From positions 1 to 40,682 of IMG/VR virus record IMGVR_UViG_3300044898_000091: 40,682 nucleotides of DNA; one strand, given 5' to 3'. The DNA is from a virus. Its lineage: Duplodnaviria > Caudoviricetes. The position numbers were made by a program, and so were the translations under genes. A model generated the notes under the pieces. The model was not told the origin of the DNA, ran no database searches, and saw only the letters and a list, made by a program, of their open reading frames with translations. Shown in pieces: positions 34,324 to 40,682 of the stretch; position 1 is the first letter of the stretch, and every line of letters begins with the position of its first letter.

Positions 34324-34914
34324 CTACGCTGTTCGCTTCGGTATGGCGACCACGTTAGAGACTGGCAGTTGCCATTTGGACGGGAGCTTTTCGATTTCCG
34401 TCAGGCCGATGTAGCCGACCAATGTTCCATCTTCGAGACGAATAGGAACGGCGATGGTGCCGCGCATCAGTCCTTTGCCCGCGTAGCCGATTCCGAGAGC
34501 TTGTGCGGTTTCGGCGTCGAACCCGAGCACCTGCACCGCGTCGTGGGAATGCTCCAAGTAGTCTAGCGGCTTCATGCCGCCTGCTGTCGCCGCCTGCGGT
34601 TTCGGCGCTTCTTCCTGCTTCGGCGTTGCGATGCGGAAATGTTCTGCGAGTTCTTGCGCCGCCTCTCGTTGGCTTACTCCTCGGATGTGAGCAACGAGCG
34701 AAATTTGGTCACCGCCCTTGCCTTCCGAAAAGCAATAATAGGAGGACTTCGATACGTTCACAGCCAGTGCCCGTTCTCCACCGTTGCGGCAAGAGGGACA
34801 TGCCGAGCGGAGTTGGTCGTTGCCCTTCATTCGAAGGTCGAGCATTTGGACGCACAGAGCGATACTCACCTTTTCCTTAAGCTGGGCGAAGTCGATGAAA
34901 TCTTTGCCGGCCAT
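34324..34914 (-). CDS. CHC2-type primase zinc-finger protein without TOPRIM domain
   Basis: IDFAQLKEKVSI...CPSC...YYCFS...GGDQISLVAH; AAGGAG SD. Confidence 0.8.
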   Translation of the reverse strand: MAGKDFIDFAQLKEKVSIALCVQMLDLRMKGNDQLRSACPSCRNGGERALAVNVSKSSYYCFSEGKGGDQISLVAHIRGVSQREAAQELAEHFRIATPKQEEAPKPQAATAGGMKPLDYLEHSHDAVQVLGFDAETAQALGIGYAGKGLMRGTIAVPIRLEDGTLVGYIGLTEIEKLPSKWQLPVSNVVAIPKRTA

Positions 34915-35098
34915 GGCGTTCTCCTTTCATGTTTGTGAGAGCTGGCCGTTGTTCATTGTACCGCATGGTAAGATGAAGCCAGGACTTCGAACGTGGAGCG
35001 CGCTCTGGTGGGGTGGTTGGACTCATCTCCTGCCTATACCGCCAAGTGCGCCCCGCGTTCGATTCAAATGTACATTCGCGGGAGAAAGCGAGCATGCA

Positions 35099-35353
35099 AT
35101 GAGTACGGATACGGACACGCGCCCTGTGCGGCGTGGTCAACAGCAGAACGAGCCACGGCCCATCGCATTTTATGTGCGAGCCAAAACGGGTCCCGGCCCG
35201 CGTGACTGGTCGCCAGTCGGCGTTTGTTTTGCCCGGAAGAACAATGCTCCGGGTTTTACAATCAAGCTCAACACGCTTCCGATCACCGGCTGGAACGGAG
35301 CGATGGTTCTCGTTCCCCCGTTCGCGGACGACGACGAACCTATCGACGAATAG
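35099..35353 (+). CDS. Small acidic-tailed protein (DUF736-like, possible ssDNA-binding)
   Basis: W..VG..F......GFTIKLN.LP...W.G..VL.PP + DDDEPIDE tail. Confidence 0.6.
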   Translation: MSTDTDTRPVRRGQQQNEPRPIAFYVRAKTGPGPRDWSPVGVCFARKNNAPGFTIKLNTLPITGWNGAMVLVPPFADDDEPIDE

Positions 35354-35366
35354 AACTTCGTCACCT

Positions 35367-35395
35367 GGGCGGCCTCGCGGTCGCCCTCATTTTTT
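35367..35395 (+). terminator. Intrinsic terminator
   Basis: GGGCGGCC/GGTCGCCC stem followed by a T-rich tract. Confidence 0.6.
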
Positions 35396-35421
35396 ATGGT
35401 AGAATGAGTGGAATTGGTCTT

Positions 35422-35763
35422 TGAAAATTGGGCGGCAAACTAAAAACAAAAGAAGCACATATGCAAATCAACATTAGGTTGCCGAGGCCTGTAGATATAG
35501 AAAATGACAGCTACGAAGGAGTTAAGAGCTTCCTTAAGCAGCTCGAACTCGCCGTGCACCATGCACAAAAATCTCTTCAAGAGATGGCAAACATGGAGAA
35601 GGAGCGCGGAAATAGTGAACCAACATTCGGTGTCTTATACCGTCCTCTAAATGTAGAAGACTCTTCGACTGGAGTACGAGCTGACCTAGGGGAACATCCA
35701 TCATCAGATGATGTCGAAATTGAAGTCTACACGATGTAATTAAAAACCGCCGCCCAATTTTCA
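35422..35763. repeat. 15-bp perfect inverted repeats (TGAAAATTGGGCGGC) bracketing one gene
   Basis: 35422-35436 and 35749-35763 are exact reverse complements. Confidence 0.85.
35461..35739 (+). CDS. Small acidic hypothetical protein, 92 aa
   Basis: T-ATG start after an A-rich leader, TGGTAGAAT promoter at 35397-35405, low GC. Confidence 0.65.
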   Translation: MQINIRLPRPVDIENDSYEGVKSFLKQLELAVHHAQKSLQEMANMEKERGNSEPTFGVLYRPLNVEDSSTGVRADLGEHPSSDDVEIEVYTM

Positions 35764-35772
35764 GAGAGGCAA

Positions 35773-36798
35773 TTACTTTGCTCCCAACTCCGCAAGAATA
35801 TCAAGCGGCGGATGCCCTACCCGTTGCCACGGCTCTGTCAGCATGAAGCCCGTAGGCTTCGGGAAATGGTCGATGGATGCGAACTCGCGGACAAATTTGA
35901 ATGCGATGTGCTTCGAGCCTTCGCCGGCCGTGCGGTCTTCTAAAAGAAGCATCATTTGTTTCATGACGTACTCGCTTGTTGTGACAAACAGAGTGACGGG
36001 GGTGGGAATGCCGAGTAGCCGCTGGTAAGTGCGGTGCTTGTGCAGTTCAAGCGCGGCAATAATTTTTTCATTGTGAGTCTGCCGACCAGCTACTTTTCCA
36101 GGATTGTTGTCTTCTGTATTGCGATCGACCTCGATGCCGGCGATGAACAGGCGGGCTGTCTTGCCACCTTCGGGCGTGTACGCGATTGCGAACGGCTTGG
36201 TGTCGTGGACGATGTTTCGGTCAACCTCGACTAGCCTGTTATAGGGGTGCGGGGTTCGGTAATTGAATTGCGCGGGAAAATGAAAGGGTGTCGGCGAGCG
36301 TTTCGTCTCAAGCGGGCAGGACGGATGCGCGAGGATATCGCGGTAGGCAACCAGCGAGAGGCCAGGTGTATCCTTCACGCCGATAGCGAACGAGGCTTCC
36401 GTGATGCAGCGCGCGGACTTGTGCTTGATATGGTCATTACCGCGTGCAATGGGCCAGTACAGTCCCGCTTCAGCGAGCATCTGTTCGCCGCGCTCCGTGA
36501 GTGAGTAAATTGCCGCACGTGAGCGTGCGCGGTCGGATTGCCATGAACTAGGCGGACATTCGATAACGCCGGCCTCATGTCTGAGGTCGGTGAGTCGGCG
36601 GAAAAAGTGGCCGCGCGGCGTTCCTTTCGGCGTGTAGGTAATGCGTGCGCCGAGCATGATGGCCATGTACACGCTCGGCAGGCACTCATAGGTCTGCAAC
36701 AGGTCAAGAATGCGAAGGGTAAGCGGCGTTTTATAAATGATCCCCCCACGCGGGGTGTTGTCGGTGCGTGAATATCCCTTTGGTGTTTTCTTCAACAT
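35773..36798 (-). CDS. Replication-relaxation (Replic_Relax-like) protein
   Basis: N-terminal wHTH (RRLTDLRH...IYSLTERGEQML), HIKH, and IEVDRNTE motif; next to coupling ATPase. Confidence 0.75.
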   Translation of the reverse strand: MLKKTPKGYSRTDNTPRGGIIYKTPLTLRILDLLQTYECLPSVYMAIMLGARITYTPKGTPRGHFFRRLTDLRHEAGVIECPPSSWQSDRARSRAAIYSLTERGEQMLAEAGLYWPIARGNDHIKHKSARCITEASFAIGVKDTPGLSLVAYRDILAHPSCPLETKRSPTPFHFPAQFNYRTPHPYNRLVEVDRNIVHDTKPFAIAYTPEGGKTARLFIAGIEVDRNTEDNNPGKVAGRQTHNEKIIAALELHKHRTYQRLLGIPTPVTLFVTTSEYVMKQMMLLLEDRTAGEGSKHIAFKFVREFASIDHFPKPTGFMLTEPWQRVGHPPLDILAELGAK

Positions 36799-36804
36799 AT
36801 AGCT

Positions 36805-36841
36805 GAATGCGGCCGCGTTCGCCTTCTGTCAACGTTGACAG
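36805..36841. promoter_or_regulatory. Two tandem palindromes upstream of the relaxase-like gene (operator or oriT candidate)
   Basis: GAATGCGGCCGCGTTC (36805-36820) and perfect CTGTCAACGTTGACAG (36826-36841). Confidence 0.5.
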
Positions 36842-36907
36842 TGAGGAGCTGCGGGTAATGGCGATGAAGTATGAAGCGCGATGAGGCGCGCAATAATTAT
36901 ACCATCG

Positions 36908-38806
36908 CTACCACTTGGTTGAGACGATAGAACCATCATCCTCGGGAGGTTTTGGCGAGCGTGCGGGCTTTGATGTTTTGGGCTGGGACGGAACGGTCGC
37001 AGGCGGCGACTGGAAGGTCGGCGGCAACGGCTTTGAGGGCAACTCTTGGAGCGATAGCCGCTCGGCGTTGGCGCGCAACATCCTTCCGAGCGCTTCCCTG
37101 CTCATCTGCGGCTGCCGATCAATCTCGCCGAACGGCGCGGAATGGACGAAGGGATGCTGTGTGAAGCCTCGGACAAAGCAGGCAAAGCGGGCTTCTGTCG
37201 ATGTCTTACTCTGCGCGGTGAGGAATGACGGTTCGCAACGGAGATCCCGCGCGACATAGGAGAGGTCTACCCCCTCGGGGCTTGAGGCGTATTTGATGGT
37301 GGTGTTGGTCGAGACGGCCGAGCGTATTTTTTCCGTCATCCCCGACCCGTGCATCTCCTGATGGGCCATTGTGACAGCAAGATTGTACTCTCGGGCGAGC
37401 CGCAACAGCTCTGGCGTCTTTTCCTCGTCGGCGAACTCCTGAAATTCGTCAATGATGAGATGAGCCTGATGCCATTCGTTTCGGGGAAGCGTGAAGCGGG
37501 CATAGGCGGCATTGAGCGTAAGGGAGATCATGTAACGCCCGAGGAGCTGCGAGGCGTCTGAACCCAGTGTGTTCATGCCGGTGTTGACCAGCACGATTGA
37601 TTTGTTCTGCAAGCAGTCGAGCATATCAAGCTTGCGTTCCCTCGCCTCGAACATGCGGACAAATTCCGGGTGTTGCAACACGCCGTAGATGCGGGCTTTT
37701 ATTTGCTGGCGCGTCTCCTTGTAGTTGGAGCTGAAGAACTCGTTGCGGAAGAAACGCTCCGAAGTTACGTCCAGGCGACCGATGAACGGGGCAAAACGGC
37801 ACTGGGAATACGGCTGACCCTTGGGGTCATCCGTGCGCGTCGGGTCGTCCATCAAGTCTATGAGCGTGTGGATGTTCGATTCCATCCCGAACATGAGCCG
37901 GACTGCAAAGCCGAACGGTGTGGTCTGCTTGTCGGTGAGTTTGGAGCCGGTGCTTGAGAAAATGAAAGCGAACGTGCTTATCGCTTGGTTCTCGACGCGC
38001 CGCCGCTGCTCGACCGACCATATTTGATTCCAGCGCGATGCGGCGTGGAACATATTGAGCGCAGGCGGCGGGTCATAGGTGGGGTCTATGACAACAAGGC
38101 GGTCTTTGAGACGGCCGGTATCAGGATTGAAAACGTCGAGCGATTGCAGCCGCTCGACCATCAAGCCCTTCGGGTCGATGATGACCATGCCGGGCGGGTC
38201 GTCCTTCGCCAAGTCTGCGAGGATCAATTGCTGGAGTAGCGTCGTTTTTCCTGAGCCGCTTGGGCCAAGAATGTGCGTGTGCTCTTGGCGGAAATGGTCG
38301 GGAATGGGACGCGCTGTGATGAGTTCAAGCTGCGCAACGCGCTCCTGTTCAAGTATTGCCTCCTCCTCCTTCCGTGCTCGATGTTCCTGCTGGTGATGAG
38401 CATAGCAGATATCACTCATTTCTCGGACAGCATGAGTGATAGCCGCAGACCTTCGGCGCGCCCAATCATCTTCGAAGTGCGTAACAATGCGTTGCTGCGT
38501 TTCGTCCCACTCCTTCAACTCTGCGAGTTCTTCATTCGAGTAGAGGCGACCGTCGGGGAAAAAGCGGCGGCGGGCGGCGCGATAATCATCAATCAATGAC
38601 TTGTATGACCGGTCATCCCCTATCGTCTTTCCCAGCGCCAGCTCCGCGGGCATGTGACGGTTCAACTCGCTTTCCATGCAAGTGTCGGAGCAGAAAAAGA
38701 ACAGCTCCCACGATGCCATCTTGCCTTCGAGCGTGAGGCCGTACTGCGACTCAAATATGCGAGGTGGGCCGCCGCAATGAGCACATCTGTCGGGCTTGAA
38801 GCGCAT
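36908..38806 (-). CDS. VirD4/TraD-like (FtsK-HerA superfamily) coupling ATPase
   Basis: HTHILGPSGSGKTT Walker A, IIDPKG, LIIDEFQEF Walker B, AREYNLAVTMAHQ; N-terminal Cys cluster, no TM helix. Confidence 0.88.
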   Translation of the reverse strand: MRFKPDRCAHCGGPPRIFESQYGLTLEGKMASWELFFFCSDTCMESELNRHMPAELALGKTIGDDRSYKSLIDDYRAARRRFFPDGRLYSNEELAELKEWDETQQRIVTHFEDDWARRRSAAITHAVREMSDICYAHHQQEHRARKEEEAILEQERVAQLELITARPIPDHFRQEHTHILGPSGSGKTTLLQQLILADLAKDDPPGMVIIDPKGLMVERLQSLDVFNPDTGRLKDRLVVIDPTYDPPPALNMFHAASRWNQIWSVEQRRRVENQAISTFAFIFSSTGSKLTDKQTTPFGFAVRLMFGMESNIHTLIDLMDDPTRTDDPKGQPYSQCRFAPFIGRLDVTSERFFRNEFFSSNYKETRQQIKARIYGVLQHPEFVRMFEARERKLDMLDCLQNKSIVLVNTGMNTLGSDASQLLGRYMISLTLNAAYARFTLPRNEWHQAHLIIDEFQEFADEEKTPELLRLAREYNLAVTMAHQEMHGSGMTEKIRSAVSTNTTIKYASSPEGVDLSYVARDLRCEPSFLTAQSKTSTEARFACFVRGFTQHPFVHSAPFGEIDRQPQMSREALGRMLRANAERLSLQELPSKPLPPTFQSPPATVPSQPKTSKPARSPKPPEDDGSIVSTKW

Positions 38807-39177
38807 TAGAGGTCAAACGACTCTTTGTTTCCGGTCGTTTTATTGCCGTCTATAAAATCTTTCAGAGCTTTTATGTGCTCGCGTGCTTCCGTGGCAAAAT
38901 TCTTTGCTCCGAGAGGGGTTGGGAAGGGCGGTTCGATACCTTTACACAACCTGCGCACATCATATTTGTGCGTCTCGCTCATTATTTCTCGATCCCGTTC
39001 GGTAGCTGACTTCCAGTAGGGATTTGGGTGATTTATAACTACGTACTTCCATAAATCCCGCTGTTGCACGATTTCATTTTCTTCGGGAGAAAGGGTTACG
39101 CGTAACTTGACCACAAATCGTCGAACCCCACTAAATAACCCGCCGCCTGCTGTCGTATGCTCGATCTCGACGTGCAT
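38806..39177 (-). CDS. Hypothetical protein coupled to the ATPase gene
   Basis: TAATG overlap with ATPase start; GAGGGG SD. Confidence 0.75.
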   Translation of the reverse strand: MHVEIEHTTAGGGLFSGVRRFVVKLRVTLSPEENEIVQQRDLWKYVVINHPNPYWKSATERDREIMSETHKYDVRRLCKGIEPPFPTPLGAKNFATEAREHIKALKDFIDGNKTTGNKESFDL

Positions 39178-39194
39178 GGAGAATCCCCTCTATG

Positions 39195-39226
39195 AAAAAG
39201 GGGCGCGGCTTGGACCCCGCGCCCCT
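39195..39226 (-). terminator. Intrinsic terminator after excisionase
   Basis: GGGGCGCGG/CCGCGCCCC stem followed by T5. Confidence 0.65.
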
Positions 39227-39230
39227 GCTC

Positions 39231-39452
39231 CTATTGAGCATTCCAGTCTTCAGTCACGTTCAGGCCGTGTTTTTCGAAGTAGGCCAGCACATCTGCCACC
39301 CGCCAGACACGGCGAGAGTTATGGTGGCCCCCGAGCTTGAAGCTCTTAGGATACCTGCCATCGTGCTCTCCTCGATCTGTTTCGGCTCTGCAAAACGGCC
39401 AGCCCATCAATCGCAGTTTTTTCCAGTCCACTACTAGAGGCTTGATTGACAT
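39231..39452 (-). CDS. AlpA-like excisionase
   Basis: R.E.DGRYPKSFKLG.....RVWRVADVLAY; adjacent to integrase; GGAG SD before ATG 39452. Confidence 0.75.
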   Translation of the reverse strand: MSIKPLVVDWKKLRLMGWPFCRAETDRGEHDGRYPKSFKLGGHHNSRRVWRVADVLAYFEKHGLNVTEDWNAQ

Positions 39453-39539
39453 TACAATGCTCCGTCGTCGGAGCGTTGCAACGCCACCAGTTTCCACTAG
39501 CGAGCGGCCGATGGCCGCAGTGAGAGACTATGAGGAGTC

Positions 39540-40682
39540 TTACTCTGCCGCAAGCTGCACATAGCTCTCCATAGCGCCTACAGAGGCCAAAATAACCCCT
39601 AGGCGCTGCTCCCACTTGGCAAGGGCTTCCCGCTTTTCCGGCAGGTAGTCATAGCGGTCATAGATTTCATCAAGTTCGGTCTTACCGCCGCCCGTCACGT
39701 GATTGAGCAGGATTTCGCAAACCTCTCTTGATACGCGAAGCTTCGCCATATTCGACCGGAACGTGCGCCGCAAGTCTCGCACCTGCCAGTCTGAAACACC
39801 CGAAGCCTTGTCGAGTTCTTTCTTAAGCTTGCCCCACGAGCCGTCATTGAAGTGGCTGTACGGCCCGACGTTGCCCGGAAAGTAGTAGTCCCCTTCTTCG
39901 GGCTGCTCGTCGAGGATTGCCCGCGCCATCGGCAGCAGCGGGATTGAGTGCGAGCGGCCGTTCTTGGTGAACTTACCGGGGATGGTCAGTAAGTCCTCAT
40001 CAACCCATGTGCGCCTAATGCGGGCGGTCTCGCCGTTGCGGGTGCCCCACAGGATGAGCAGTCGTATCATCGCGCCGAACTGGCCCTCGCAGGCGCGCCA
40101 GATTTTCGCGAGTTCCTTATCGGTCATAACGCGGTCGCCCTTCCTGTCCTCTCCTGGGGGCGCGTAGCCCTCAAGCGGGCTGTGCTTGATGTACCGATGC
40201 GGCGGTCGGGTACACCATCGGAAGAATGTTCGGTGAGCGCGGAAGGCGTGAAGCTGCTCGCTCGGGACGCGGGCGAGCGTGTCGAACTGGCGTTTGAGGT
40301 CGTCGTCGGTGATATCCGGGAGCGGTCTCTTTTGCAGCTCTGGAAACTTGCCCAAGAGCCGTTCAGCCTCGGACTTGCTGCGCGGTTTCTTGCCCTTGTA
40401 GTTCTCCTCCAAAAAGAGAGGGACAGCAGTCTCGAAGGTGAGGCTCGTGGCCTTCGGAGCGTAGGGGCTTCCCAAAGCGATGAGAGCCTGCTTGCGGGCA
40501 TCCGCGAGCGGGAGGTCGGGGTAATGCCCCAGCTTCAATTTGGTGCTGTGTATGCCCTTGAGAACGATCCACGTGCGGCGATGGGTGCCGACGCGCAGGC
40601 CGAATGCCGGCGTCTTGGTATCAAAGTACGTGCCCGGTTTGAGGCTGCGGACTGACAGATCGGTGAAGGCTACCTTCGGCAT
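39540..40682 (-). CDS. int: Tyrosine integrase with N-terminal arm-binding domain
   Basis: WGTRNGE, TKNG, RDLRRT, ILLNH, YDRY catalytic motifs; FGLRVG arm domain. Confidence 0.95.
   Translation of the reverse strand: MPKVAFTDLSVRSLKPGTYFDTKTPAFGLRVGTHRRTWIVLKGIHSTKLKLGHYPDLPLADARKQALIALGSPYAPKATSLTFETAVPLFLEENYKGKKPRSKSEAERLLGKFPELQKRPLPDITDDDLKRQFDTLARVPSEQLHAFRAHRTFFRWCTRPPHRYIKHSPLEGYAPPGEDRKGDRVMTDKELAKIWRACEGQFGAMIRLLILWGTRNGETARIRRTWVDEDLLTIPGKFTKNGRSHSIPLLPMARAILDEQPEEGDYYFPGNVGPYSHFNDGSWGKLKKELDKASGVSDWQVRDLRRTFRSNMAKLRVSREVCEILLNHVTGGGKTELDEIYDRYDYLPEKREALAKWEQRLGVILASVGAMESYVQLAAE

Larger units (their letters stand above)
1..40682 (-). mobile_element. Integrated prophage-like element: podovirus-type virion/lysis/replication genes plus relaxase/coupling-protein module; ends not visible
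   Basis: Integrase + excisionase, terminase, portal, capsid and lysis genes co-oriented on the minus strand; no host housekeeping gene in the window; att sites not found. Confidence 0.9.

Noticed and set aside
34784-35098. Long version of the 35099..35353 ORF
   Set aside because: Overlaps the Zn-finger gene antisense and crosses a hairpin/promoter region
39760-39790. Integrase inactivation (RDLRRT instead of HDLRRT)
   Set aside because: This His position is variable among tyrosine recombinases; both Arg, Lys, second His and Tyr are present
1-40682. CRISPR array, tRNA or rRNA genes, att core repeats
   Set aside because: No regularly spaced repeats or cloverleaf signatures seen; the window stops at the integrase start codon so attachment sites cannot be evaluated

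Overview
The window is almost entirely one integrated mobile element. It runs from a tyrosine integrase/excisionase pair at the right edge (39231-40682) to a Bradyrhizobiaceae-type hypothetical gene at the left edge. It carries a complete minus-strand, short-tailed (podovirus-like) morphogenesis module: terminases, portal, scaffold, capsid, adaptor, nozzle, ejection proteins, collagen-like protein and an S74 fibre. This is followed by a lysis cassette with no visible spanins, a replication initiator, and early recombination genes (ERF, SSB-like, NinB-like, three YopX-like). Next to the integrase is a conjugation-like module with no mating-pore genes: a VirD4/TraD-like ATPase, a Replic_Relax-type protein, a stand-alone primase Zn finger and a small acidic-tailed protein. 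A degenerate paralogue of the ATPase lies 30 kb away. The phage core genes nearly all lack Shine-Dalgarno sites, start at T-ATG and sit behind consensus TGnTAnnAT promoters, a pattern I associate with Patescibacteria/CPR. Many accessory genes instead have normal SD sites and belong to alphaproteobacterial families. A 700-bp non-coding, highly structured locus (8190-8890) and several other DNA/RNA structures are unexplained. No tRNA, rRNA, CRISPR array or att site was recognised. All family calls come from motif recognition by eye, not from database searches.
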